Shown piece after piece: positions 13,150 through 25,670 of a stretch of 64,000 nt of DNA. The DNA comes from Epiperipatus broadwayi (Eukaryota; Animalia; Onychophora). A program made the position numbers and the translations under genes. Position 1 is the stretch's first letter. Each line of letters opens with the position of its first letter. The notes beneath the pieces were generated by a model, which was not told the origin of the DNA, ran no database searches, and saw nothing but the letters and a program-made list of their open reading frames with translations. The stretch is taken from assembly GCA_028023455.1 (NCBI GenBank), contig JAQFVV010000006.1, positions 13,206,001-13,270,000 on the forward strand. Reading direction: 5' to 3'.

Positions 13150-13345
13150 GTTGATTGTTAAATTAGTAGTGAAATATGATGGATGTGAAAGGATGATAGA
13201 TAAAGTTGGCTAAGATAGAAAAAGACAGTTATGAAAAATGAATATGCATAAAAAGTAGTTGGGAATTATGTAAAAATAAAAAGATAAAGGAATATATAAT
13301 ATCACTAGATGGAATTATTGTTTGAAGCAAAAATAGGCACTTTAA
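13150..13345 (+). mobile_element. Decayed LINE C-terminal fragment (family of 54730-55490)
   Basis: IYNITR-ELLFEAKIGTL resembles IYDNSKESSLLFKARTGSL. Confidence 0.4.
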
Positions 13346-14400
13346 AACATTACATGATCACCATTTCATATGCTTACACATGCTGTTAATAAAAGTACCA
13401 AACTTCATACAGTAGTGCCACCAAGTATAAGCCTTCATAATCAATGGATGCAGGAAGATTTGTGCATAAAATTCCTACCTATTGCATACTTATCTAACAA
13501 ACCTAGTTTTTAGCTTGTGTGGCTTTTATCAGTGAGGAACCTTGGATTTGACGCACTGTACCTAGATCTTAGGATCTATTATAACCCCCCAGCAACCATC
13601 TTTTACCTATTTGGTTAAGTATAATGATAGGAGCCCAAGATGAAAATACAATAATGTTTCCAACTCAAGCACATTAACTTGTATAGTCATATATATCTGA
13701 ACTCAGTTTAGCATCTATACATTTTGGTATCTCTGGTTTTTCAAAAACCACAATCATCATTATTCTATGGGCAGGATAGATATAAAGCCATCAAAATACC
13801 ACATAATCACCATTTCAGGTGCTTAAGCATGGTGTTAATAGTGGTTAGTAGCTAGAACTCTGGAGATGTTGGGTGAATAGGCACTAGATAGGGATTTTAT
13901 GTATAAACCTCCCTGCATCCATTTATTACAAAGGCTTGCACTTGGTGGCACTACTGTATGGAGTTTGGTATTCTTATTAACAGCATGTGTGAGCATAAGA
14001 AATGGTGATTATGTGATGTCTTGATGGTTTTATACTCATCCTACCCATAAGATAATGGTAACTGTGGTTTTTGAAAAACCAAAGACTCAAAATGTACATA
14101 TGTTGAATTGAGTTCAGATATTTATGATTATACAGGTGACTGTGTGGGTTGAAAGTGTTTTCACCTTGGTTTTCCAGTTAACCAAATAGGTAAATGATAG
14201 CTGCTGGGGAGAGGGAGTGCCTTAGATAATGTGCAGTGCTTTCAAATTCAAGACTTCTCACTGATGAAAGCCATGAGCTAGAAACTAGTCAGGGTATGTT
14301 GGATGAGTAGGCACTGGATAGGGATTTTATGCACAAACCTTCCTGCATCCATTTATTATGAAGGCTTGCACTGAAATTTGGTACACTTATTAATAAGGAC
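13345..14400. mobile_element. Family B HHR repeat (~430-450-bp unit): one unit plus about 1.2 inverted units
   Basis: ACATGATCACCATTTC at 13351 and ACATAATCACCATTTC at 13801; inversion near 13830; HHR core at 14255-14295 (+) CTGATGA-AAGC(CATGA)GCTA-GAAAC-TA-GTC. Confidence 0.85.
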
Positions 14401-15090
14401 TTTATATCAGAAAAAGAAAACAAAAAAATGAAATAAGAATGTGGACTATAACTGTGGTTTATGTAGAGATGGAAAATAGAACATTAAACATTGTAAAATG
14501 TTGGGGGGAAATCAGGATAAATTGCATAGAGAATGAGAATTTAAAAGTAACAGACAGTTTTGGGGTCACTTGTTTATGTTTTTATAAGATTGGAGAATAT
14601 GAAAATAGAATAATAGAATTAACAAAGCAGTTTTTATTAAAATGAGATAAGAAAAGGGGATATAATAAATCAGGGTGGGAAAATGATTTAGGATTAAAGA
14701 GTACAATGTAGAATTTAATGTGGCATGTAAAGATTTCAGAAAGAGAATATGTTTTTTATATTTGGGATATTTTAGGATCTCTGGAATTATGATCTATAGG
14801 AAAAAACTTCACTCTAAGGAAAAGCCATTCATGTAAATTATATACAAATTTATAAAGTATAAAAACTTAATATTAGAAGAAGGTTGTTGTTATTTGGGGA
14901 AAGAATGACAGCTTTAAGAGTGAAAGCAAATCCAAAAAAAAAGGTCATAAAAATGAGATAAGAATTTGGACTATAAATGTAATTTGTGTGAGGATATGAC
15001 AAATATTGAATATTTATTTTTTAAAAGTAAGGGAATCGAGGAGTGAAAGAAATATAAAGATAAAATAAAGCCAAAATATTAGAGATTAAA
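14400..15090 (+). mobile_element. Highly decayed LINE RT-like purine-rich remnant
   Basis: Purine-rich strand bias and faint RT-like motifs only. Confidence 0.3.
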
Positions 15091-15104
15091 TTTATATAAT
15101 AAGA

Positions 15105-15760
15105 GTGCTAATAGCTCTTAACAAGCTTTTCTGAATATCCCTACCCTCAGATCAGTTTCCAACTGTGGTTGTCAGTGAGGCGTTATAATATTCAGGCATT
15201 AGATTTAAAAATACCAGGTCAAGCCCCAGCATTTATCTAATAGTATTAAGTAGAATATTGGAAAAATTTTCAGATATCCATATGTCTTTAAATCCAGCTA
15301 TCAACTGAAATAGCCATATGGGATTGAATTAAGTTCAGATATACCATATATTAATAGCTTTAGCAATATAAAATCACCAAAGCCTAAAAATCAAAACAAT
15401 AATTGCAAGGAAATCAAGTCATACATCATGTGACTTAATTTAATAAGCTTGTACTATAAATGTTATATAATGAGCATGTTAATGGCCCTTAACAAGCTTT
15501 TCGAAATATCCCTACCTTCAGACCAGTTTCTAGCTGTGGCTATCATCAATAATAGTTAACTATTAGAAAAATGCTAGGCTTGGTATTTTTAAATCTAAAA
15601 CCTGAATATTCTAGCAACTCACTGATGACAGCCACAGCTAGAAACTGGTGTAAGGATGGGGATATTCAGAAAAGCTTGTTCAGAGTCATTAGCATGCTCA
15701 TTAAACATTTGTAGTACAAGCTTATTAAATTAAGTCACATGATGTATGAGTTGATTTCCT
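15105..15760. mobile_element. Family C HHR repeat (~371-bp unit), tandem plus terminal inversion
   Basis: AACAAGCTTTT at 15120 and 15491; inversion centred on palindrome AATAGTTAACTATT (15551-15564); HHR-like motifs at 15145-15180 (-), 15515-15549 (-), 15618-15655 (+). Confidence 0.85.
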
Positions 15761-15849
15761 TTAAAATTGAGAATGTTTGTTCATCAGGATAATTTTTCAC
15801 CATCTCTATGTCACTTACTATAAGTCTTAGTAAGTAATAATAGATGCCA

Positions 15850-16370
15850 GATGGCACTGCTTATTAAATCACTATCCTGTGCTGTTCTGTTCAATATCCT
15901 CTGACTATTTTCAAGATTATGGCCTTCATCAGTGATGAGTTTTGGATCTTGGACTAGTAAATCACTATCCTGTGCTGTTCTGTTCAATATCCTCTGACTA
16001 TTTTCAAGATTATGGCCTTCATCAGTGATGAGTTTTGGATCTTGGACTAGTGTACCTGGATTGTGAAAAATGTTGGATTTTGGACTAGTGCACATGGACT
16101 GGATCTAGTGTATCTTCCTTGCAGCACCTTTTACTTAATTCTCTGTGATTCTATCAAGTTATCAACACAAACTGAAAAAAAAAATATTTTCAATCTCTGC
16201 CAATTGGTTTGTCGTATAGATCTGAAACCAGACCAGTTTCTATATATTATGGTGATCTTAGTTTTTTTAATAATTATGGGCACCTCTATCCTATGGCCAG
16301 GATTTGATATAAGCCAATAAAATATCACCTGAGTCCATCACATGACATTAGCTTACATATTGCTGTTATA
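15850..16370 (-). mobile_element. Diverged family B unit whose HHR segment is tandemly duplicated (93 bp x2, 15865-16050)
   Basis: Each 93-mer has minus-strand CTGATGA-AGGCCATAATCTT-GAAAATAGTC; downstream sequence aligns by eye with 32550-32820. Confidence 0.7.
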
Positions 16371-17044
16371 GCAGAAATATTTTCTCACCATTTCTACTGG
16401 ATAAAATAGCACAGGAGTGCTATCATCTGATAATTGTTGTACTTACTAAAGCTTACAGGAAATGTCATACAGACGGTGAAAATAGAAACTAAAGTTGTGA
16501 TAGAGTCAGGTTTATTAGTTTAATATTTGTCAGGAAAAATGATTTGATGATTATAGAATGTAAGAGAGCAATGGGAGAAATATTTAGATATGGTGTTTCA
16601 GGGAAAGATGGTGTTTTACTTGTCTAACAGTCATTCTTAATTTATGGTCTATGCAAAGAGACTGCTGTCTTTGTCTGAGAAAAAAATTTTTCATATTAGA
16701 TCATACTGCATCAATTACCAAAAACATTAGATAATGAAAGAGAGATTTACATAAGAAGATAAGCCATGCCTTCAAAACTTTATAAGCAGTTTTACAAGAA
16801 ACATTGTGAATTACACTAAAAATAAATGAAGATTATATAAGTCATCTAGATTTTCCAAATGAAAAATGGAAGTATCTGATTATTTGTGTGTAGTTTTTCT
16901 GAAAACTAAATATAATAAAAAATTATTTTGTTACTTGGTGATAAATGTATCAAAATTCAATCCCTCTTGAAGTTGATATAATTTATAAAATTTCATGTGG
17001 CCTTTGTAAAGCTTCTTATAAAGTATGAGTTAAAAAACATTCAT

Positions 17045-17225
17045 CATCAGCAGCACTCTCACTCCATGCCATAGATTCAAGTCACAATATTGATTTCTCT
17101 AATCAGGATCCTATTCAAATGTAATAATCTCCACCAATGTAAGATCAGAGAAGCCATTGAGGTACTCAAAAGACCAAACTATATCAACAAACATGATGGC
17201 ATGTGCAAACTTCTTCCTATTTGAA
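17045..17225 (+). mobile_element. PLE GIY-YIG C-terminal fragment
   Basis: AALSLHAIDSSHNIDFSN and KIREAIEVLKRPNYINKHDGMCKLLPI resemble 'SA..H....H.IDF.N' and 'IREAIEI.....INRDDG..L..W'. Confidence 0.6.
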
Positions 17226-17544
17226 AGATTTTTTTAAAGAAAACATATTAATATGTTTTCTGGCTTTTACTTCATTTTTATTTTTCAATTTTATATATCT
17301 ATATTTTTCTATTGGTGAACTTTGACATTGTTATAAATCACTGTTTACAGCACCTCTGCAATTTTTATAATATTTGATTTATCTGTCAATTGGCAGCTTG
17401 TGTAATCAGGCTGAAACATCAGTACATTTGTAATCAAAATCGTACATGGATGAACCTGAAAAATATATTTATATCTGTAACCTTGAAAATCATATATAAT
17501 AAAGTATAAAGGTGATAATATATTTTATAATATGTATTATCATA

Positions 17545-17850
17545 ATATATATGGATAAGAGAACAAACAGGTGTTACTGATATCATTAAAAAAATTAAAA
17601 GACTGAAGTGGAGTTGGGCTGGACATATTGCTAGAAAATATGATAATAAGTGGACAACTGAAATATTAAACTGGATTCCAAGAGATTGTAAAAGAGTCAG
17701 AAAGAGACTACATGTGAGATGGATAGATGAAATAAGAAAGTGTGCAGGGGTGATGTGGAGAACAAAAACCAAAGATTGGAGAAGAATGACTGAACTTGAA
17801 GAGACCTTCATCCTGCAGTAGACTGATAATGGTTGATGATGATGATATTT
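17545..17850 (+). mobile_element. RTE-clade LINE 3' end with (GAT)n tail
   Basis: IREQTGVTDIIKKIKRLKWSWAGHIARKYDNKWTTEILNWIPRDCKR...FILQ* followed by GATGATGAT; homologous copies at 41620-42060, 56770-57020 and 58470-58800. Confidence 0.85.
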
Positions 17851-18284
17851 TATAAATAACTATAATAAACCACATATGTGCTTGTTAATTTTTTAATCTT
17901 CTTTAACCGAAAAGCATTTAAATTTAATTTTAGCTGAAGTAAATATCATCTTCATGTCATAGACCAAGTTTCATAAATTTTACGATTAGCAAACTATTAA
18001 AGATATCCCACTTCTAATTACTCTTAATTTTTTATTTGTTTTCTCACCTTCCCTCTCATGAAAAATATAGAGAGATTTATATAATGTTTGGTTTTGTGTT
18101 TCACCTGATGATATTAGTTCATTAGTAAATAATTCCAAAAAATATTTAACTTTTAAACAAAAAAGTAATACTGTGTATCAAATCTTATGTAAGTGCAAAA
18201 CTTCATATGTAGGTCAATCAAGATCAACTGTTGTGTAAACATATAAAAAATAAAAATAATAATGATTTAATAATGGCATCTATT

Positions 18285-18467
18285 TTCTTTCCTCGTGAAA
18301 ATATGTGTTTGAATTTTGATCTGGAAAATAGCAAGATTTTTCATGAGGAGAGAAACCATAATAAAAGAAAGATTGAGGAGACAATTTTGATAAATAGAAA
18401 TAGGATATTTTTAATCAGCACACAATGTGTTAAGATTAAAATTTATGAATCTTGGGATACGATATGA
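18285..18467 (+). mobile_element. PLE GIY-YIG C-terminal fragment
   Basis: FDLENSKIFHEERNHNKRKIEETILIN...YESWDTI resembles PLE 'FD.EN.KI...E.N..KRKI.E.I.I'. Confidence 0.55.
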
Positions 18468-20079
18468 TGTTTATTTCCACTATTTCCATTATTTTTATTA
18501 CAATATTATTGCAATAATTATTCTATAACAGACATTTTTATTTGCATATACATATAAACACACACACACCCAAGTATTGTAAAAGCAATAAGTTTATTTA
18601 TACATTTGCAATGAAAAGTATACCTAATGCTTTGTATTGTTAAATAGAAGCATAGCATATTCTGAATGTTACAAATTGCTACCATAACATAAACAATCCA
18701 AACTCTCATTAAATAGAAATACATTTTAGCATGGCTAAATCACCACTTTCATTAGCTATACTGGAATTCAATTTATCTATGTTAACATTAAAAACAATTT
18801 GTCAATAACTGTCCAGCTTTATGTAAAGTGTTTAATATTACATGATTGTAATATTCAAGTCACACTTTTCATGTGCTATTTTCATATTATTCCTACAATT
18901 AAAAAAAACAAAGAACTGTGAATAAATCAAACAAGGAGTAAAAAAAATTGAGTGCAAAGTGTAGTTCTTTTTTTAAAAAAAGGAAACATCTGTGAAATCT
19001 GTTAGCAGACCATATCATACTTTACGTCACCAGATATTAAAGTATTATAAAAGACAAGTAGGGTTCTAGTTTGGGATTTGTAACAAAAAATGTTATTCTA
19101 TCACTATGCACACAGAATTGGCAAGCTTGCCATATAATGACCAGCTTGGTATAACTAAAAATAAGGTCATGACCCTCAAAAGATTATTTCAACATTTATA
19201 AAATGGTAGTTATGATGAAACTGATCATTAATTTTTAAATCTGAATGTGTCTAAAGTAAATTTTGATATATTATTGTAAAGTCAGATATAATCAGATATT
19301 TTTTCAATGACCTTTAAGAAATATTAACATTTTATATAAATGATCTACATATGATAACTAAAAATTAATGCAGGATACAAAATAGTCCTGAAAAAACAGT
19401 TTGGGGACATTGGGACATCGACCCAAAAATAAAGGCAAATCCCAAACCAGTAAATCTACTTATCCTACCCATATCTGAGATGTTAATTAAAATATCAATG
19501 GTTAGAAAAGAGAGCAACCAGATTTTAAAATTATTTTAAAACTTATATAATAGAAATATTAATAGTTAGAACAAATCGTTAAATGATTCAAACCCTTTTG
19601 TAATCTCGACATAGACACCATAAGTTTTTCTCTTACTTTAAAGCAACAACAATATCAGATGTATGATGAATATGTTAATATTGCTAAATAACAACAATCA
19701 AATAGTTAATTGTTGAGGAGGTCATGTGATCCTGTAATACAAGTGCTAGGTTGAATCTTCATACAGAAATTGTTAGCTCTTGAGTCTGATATTTTAACAC
19801 CCTCACAGTGCTTGCCTTTTCAGAAAGAACATAACTTCTGGATTAAGATAATATTTTTTAATATGATTTTTTAGCATTCTACTTTTTACAAAGAAAATTG
19901 AAAGAATTTAAAGATGGACTACAAAATGGTAACAGGATACTAATCATAGGCAAAGGATCATATTTTTTGAAAATTAGAATAATAATGATGGTTCTAATAA
20001 AAGATAGAGAGGTAAGTTGTGTTCCCTCAGACCTCTTCCAAAAACTAGAAAAAATTGGAAAAAATTTCAAACCTATGGC

Positions 20080-20650
20080 AATTGATGATGATGATGATAA
20101 GACTGTAAACAAAATTATAGGTTTACTAGAATAGTACAAAACTAAGTTGCATTCACTCAACTTTCTCACAAAGTGGAACTAAACTGGCGAATATAAGTAA
20201 AGAATGCATCGCAACCTATGGCAGCTAAGCTTATTGTTTTTGATGATGCTGATGATAAAAATTCCACTGTGTATGAACAAAATTATAATATGAATAGAAT
20301 AGTTGAAACTACACTGCACTCATTAAGTATGCACACAAAGGCATAACAAAACTAGAGAGATAATAAAGAAAGCATCATGCCAACATAGGAACTGAGCCTG
20401 TGCTTTTGATGATGATGATGATGATATTAATAATATAATGTCAGACTGTATTATAGTGGTGAAGAGCTATGCTGCATTCACACAAACTCTTCACAAGAGC
20501 TTTAGACAAATCTATAAAAAATGGTGAGAAATCATCAGGTATCTATGAAAACTGAACATATTTTTTAATGATAATCTAGACTGTAAACAAAATTATAGTT
20601 TAAATAAAATGGTATGGAGTTAAGCCAGACAAAAATTTATGGCCCATTGC
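20080..20650. repeat. Diverged ~160-bp tandem array punctuated by (GAT)n tracts
   Basis: GACTGTAAACAAAATTATAG recurs at ~20101 and ~20579, with variants near 20270 and 20445; GAT tracts near 20085, 20240 and 20410. Confidence 0.6.
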
Positions 20651-20716
20651 CAGCATTTAATAAAAAATACTTCATAGTCACATATGATTTGTTTTTGAAG
20701 TATGTACCCACATATC

Positions 20717-20880
20717 CCATCAACTAGGCTAATGCAAGGAATGCCATAAAGGATGTTCAAAAGTAGGCATTTCCCAGATGATGGAAAGCCGTATGTATCT
20801 GCATATCCCATCAATTAGGCTAATGCAAGGAATGCCATAAAGATGTTCGAAAGTAGGCATTTCCCAGATGATGGAAAACC
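20717..20880. repeat. ~90-bp tandem duplication
   Basis: CCCATCAA.TAGGCTAATGCAAGG...GATGGAAA starts at 20717 and 20807. Confidence 0.9.
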
Positions 20881-23151
20881 TAAGATCATTCTCTCCAACT
20901 ATGGTATTGATGATAATAATAATTTCAGCTTATAAACAATCAGGAATTAATTAGAAAATATGTAAAAAAAAAAAAGACATAATAATAGATAAAATCTATA
21001 ACAGCATTAATAACTAAAAATATAAAAAGTAGATTTATTTTTATGTAATAAAGCAACAGAGGATTTGTTCCTACTATAAAGATAAAAAAAAAAATTATGG
21101 AAAAAAAAACTAGCAAATATGTACTCAAGTAAGTGTTTCATAACAAATATATTGACTGCGAATGTTTTGAAAAACACCACTAATAAATAATTTTCTTTAC
21201 GACTGTATGCCGTAAGATTGACAGATAACATGTAGTTTCCATCAACAGAGATAATTTCTCTTTTCTTTTTAATTCTTATAAATAGTTTTTTTTTTATTTT
21301 TATTTTACAAATCTTTTGAGACAGATATTAAACTTAGAAATATATCACTTTTAGTAAACATTTTATTAGAATTATAAAATTACATCATTAAAATAATAAG
21401 TGTGAAAATTAAAGTTATTTATTGCCTTCATATATTTTACAATTATGACATTCAATTGATCCTGAATTGGACAGATAATAAATACATGTAAGCGTATTTT
21501 TCCTATAACAAGATTTATCATTTAATAAACAGATGTACAAATTAAATACAATATATATGTGTGTGCAGATATAATCGCGTTGTGTTGTTTAGCCCGGTGA
21601 ACATGTCAGTCTCTGAAATATGGAATCCTAGGATCGATTTCAGTGTTGGAACTTACGGTAATGGCATTTCCGGTGCTCAAAATTTCTTATGAATTCTTAA
21701 GCAATAAAGCTATTCTAATATCTTCTTGGTAGAAGCCAGTTCTTTGTGAAACAGTAGTATAATAGTGAGTTGTTGACACAAATATGGAGATTCAGATGTT
21801 GATGCTTCTAGCTCATATGTTGAGTAAAGGTTGCAATATATATATATTGTAAGACAGATTGGTATGATTTTTTGCATTGTTGAACAATGGTAATGATAGA
21901 TTTGAGATGAGGGGTGCATCAATAAAAACCTAAACACTTGAATATATATATATAATTGTCAATTAGTAGTAATTGATACTTTCTTGGTAATATCAAAGAT
22001 TAAAAGTCATCTCTGTTTACATGGATATAATCTCTTTTCTATTCTTTATTATAATCACAATCCATGGAAATATTTAATTCAATATATATAAAGTTTAATA
22101 AATTATTTAATGTAATTTTTAAAATCCATTACTTTATGACTTTGGCATTAAATTTGATATGCTAGAATAAATCATGCTAAAATGGTGAAAAGCTATGATA
22201 AACTACTGATGATGATGATTAAGTTGTATCACTTGGCCATATCAGCAACTAATTTTCAGGCAGAGATCTTAACATACATATTTTATTAAAGTCTTTAATA
22301 GTTTAATAATGCCAAATAATATTTTAAGCAAAAAAAATAATCATATAATTAGTTGCTCAAAAGTCATGTGACATTTGAGCAGTCAAGTTAAAGGATGATC
22401 CCCTTACTCAACTAAGAATCAATCCAGGAATCTTCTGTGACACTTTAACAACATAGTACATCACACAGGGAAATTTTTAAATGTGTGGTATTTATAATAA
22501 AAACATTTAATTTTCAACATTTTAATAAACATAGCACCAAATGTATATATATAAAAAAATGCAGATTAAGTTTTGAGAGTTGTCAAATATAAACATATAC
22601 ATCTACTTTCATTATAATAAAAACTAAGAGTAAAATAGCCAACTGCTTATTTTTGTAGTCTCCGGTTTTTAGAGCCAGCCTGAAGGAAAAGTAAACAGTG
22701 TGATGGCATAAACCCATTCAGTATTCATCAAAAAATAAATCAATATATTTTACAAAACTCCATAATTTATAAAGGCCCCACAATGGCTATCATATGTGAG
22801 TTATTACAAATTAATTTTACAGATACTGGTTATGTAGAGGTATAGATTTTTCAGCTATATACAATTTGTGCAATTTTATTGAGTGAAAATTTGAGTAAGG
22901 CCAAAAATACACATAATGTAAAAAATTATATTTGATTTTTTTTTTTTTTTTTTTTGCAAATTCTGATTAAAAATAAATAAAAATTTTAATGAAGAGAATC
23001 AAACTTGACTTGATTTACACTAATTGTGCAAATAAGGTAAGCCTTGCAAAAAATATAGTAATGGGCCCTATTCCTTCTCAGACCAATTCTGCTGGTTTTA
23101 TTAAAACCTGATTTTCTGATAAATGCTGGAACAAACATGAACTTCAGTCTT

Positions 23152-23266
23152 GCATTGGTGGTCGAGAGGTCAGCACGACTGCCTTGCACTTGCAGGCAGT
23201 TGCCCGGGTTGCAGGCAGTTGCCCGGGTTGCGGGTTCGCATCCTGGCCAATGCTATGACATTTAAA
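23152..23266 (+). mobile_element. Young 115-bp tRNA-derived SINE with 19-bp TSD
   Basis: TSD AAACATGAACTTCAGTCTT at 23133-23151 and 23267-23285; acceptor stem GCATTGG/CCAATGC, A-box TGGTCGAGAGG, B-box GGTTCGCATCC, internal 19-bp duplication. Confidence 0.85.
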
Positions 23267-25039
23267 AAACATGAACTTCAGTCTTAAGCCAAAATATTAT
23301 TAATTTTAATTTATAAATTAAATAAGAAGGCAAGAGAGAGAATCTCATTTTGCAATTGAATAGAAGCAGATTAATTTCCACAAACTGTCACATGTATACG
23401 CTCATTTTCATATGTCTTTAAACCTAAAAATAACATGGTTAACCACTTATTCTTGCAGTTTCTGAATTATTCAGACTTGATTTCCAGATAAAATACTGGG
23501 AAAAGAGTGAAATTTCAACTTGAAGCCAGATGTAAATACAGTGTTATTAATTTAAATCTATAATTAAATACACAAAAGCAAGAGACTATATGTTATTTTA
23601 TTATGTTTATAAATGATAAGTAGATATATCAAACACTTGCAAACATTTTAATAAATATGACATCAAAGGTATATATAATCAAATAGCAGGAAACTAAATT
23701 CTGAAAGGTGTCTAAATAAATATAGTCATTGTCATTAAACTTAAAGAATAAAATTGCCCAACTGCACAATTTATGAGTCTCAGATTTTATTAAGACTTAG
23801 TTTTCTGAGTAATGCTAGAATAGGAGTGACTTTATCTTAAAGCCAGATGTAAATGGAGTATTATTAATTTTAATTTATAACTAAACATAAAGGTAAATCT
23901 TAATAAAATCAGAGACTACAAAAGTAAGAATTTGATCCTTTTATTCGTTAAGCTTAAGGGCAATAAAATTAAGTATATGCATTTATATTTGACAATTTTT
24001 GGAAGTTAACCTGTTTCTATTCAATTATACATGTCTGGTGCAGTTTTTACTAAACTGTTTATAAGTATACAAGTTTTATTTATTATTTACTACCAGATTA
24101 TAATATGGATTCTGCCTTTTTCCTGAAACCAATGACAATAGAAAACTCTGTATATAATATACAAGGTTAATATACATGTGTGTAAACAAAACATATTAGT
24201 GGTAAAATAACATAATAAACTGGAATAATATCATATCTTCAAGTGCCATATATAGATTATGTATAACCAATTTCTGCAGAATACACATTTTAGACAACTA
24301 TACTTGTCAACTGCTTTGAGAGAAGAGAAATCTCTACATCAAATGTGCAACTTCATTTCTATTTAAATAGATATTAAAATATCAATCTTTAATTTAGTAG
24401 TGTTTGTTTAATAAAGCCATCATGGATGACACATATACATATGAGGAAGAGCTGCATAATATATCCCCCCCCCAAAGAATCTTGCATAAAAGTCATTATT
24501 TAAATATATAATAATTATATTAGTGGCACTGTGCATGATATAATAAACTGAAACAGTATTAAATCTTCAAAGAGCCATCTATAAATTAAATAATATTTAT
24601 CTATTGATACATAATTGGCAAAACAACTAATTTTTGCAGAACCCAATGTGGATTCGAATGTTTCTTGTCAAATGCTGTGAGAGAAGGTCAATTTCGCATC
24701 AAATAAAACAATTATATTTCTACTTAAATACTACTAATATGATTCATTTCATGTAAAAGTTTGACCTTTTAGTATAGCAGTCTCATTTTAATAATGTCCA
24801 CTTCACACTACCATAAATTAAAAGCAGAACTTTATAAATTCATTTTTGGAAGAATAACCTTCCACGAACAAGTCAGTATCTAACTGTACAGTAAACAAAT
24901 TAATGATGCTCTAAATAATATAATGAACATTTGTAGGCAATACATTGATCATTTGGTATCATTTCAATTTTTATTATATACGTATATAATTCCTTTGCAT
25001 ACTATGTGTGCATGTTTTATGAAGTGGGTTTTATTTCTT

Positions 25040-25670
25040 TCCTTTATTTTATTTAGATGAACACACTTTCAGTGATGAGCACCATACTCATAGCTCCCAT
25101 GTTTCATAGTGTTGTTGCTTTGTTTATAATCCAAATTGATTATTCATATTATGTAAATTAGTCTTGTTTAATTATTCCATCTGTATGATAATCGAATGCT
25201 GCTTTCTCTTATCACATTTTTGTGATTACCTGTTTCTTTTACTTTCCTTCAGATCAATGCATTATATGTATACCAATTTTGTATACCATGGATCAAAGCT
25301 ATAGCCATGTTGCATTGCATGATCCTGGAACATGGACCATATTCTGAGTTGTTTTTACCATACTTATATAAATATTTGTATTGCACTATTCTGTTTGTAA
25401 TATTGGTCTTTGATTGACTAGTTTATGGCTGTGCAATCTAGGCTTTTGCACTGGACCTCAGATACTCTCTGTGGTATTTCTTCCTTTTGTAATCTGTCTT
25501 TGTGTAAAAATGCATTCAATTATCATACAGATGGAATATTTAATTGAACTGATGTACATAATATGAATAATCAAGCTGGACTATAAATAAGGCAGCAACA
25601 CTTGAAAACATGAGAGTTGCGATTATGGCATAAATCACCAAAAATGCTCTCTGCTAAATAAAATAAAGAA
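25040..25670 (-). mobile_element. PLE 3' remnant: GIY-YIG (about 25500 to 25200), HHR-bearing tail, and inverted copy of the tail at the truncation point
   Basis: Minus-strand VQCKSLDCTA..QSKTNITNRIVQYK, FQDHAMQHGYSFD, NVIRESSIR; arms ~25040-25205 and ~25510-25670. Confidence 0.75.
25055..25095 (-). ncRNA. Non-canonical type-I hammerhead (A3:U8 core)
   Basis: AGCT-ATGAGTA-T-GGTG(CTCAT)CACT-GAAA-GTGTG-TTC-ATCT. Confidence 0.65.

Noticed and set aside
24200-24750. Diverged duplication with a faint C2H2-like phrase (LTRNIRIHIG)
   Set aside because: Cysteines and linker are not conserved and there are multiple stops; cannot support a zinc-finger pseudogene.
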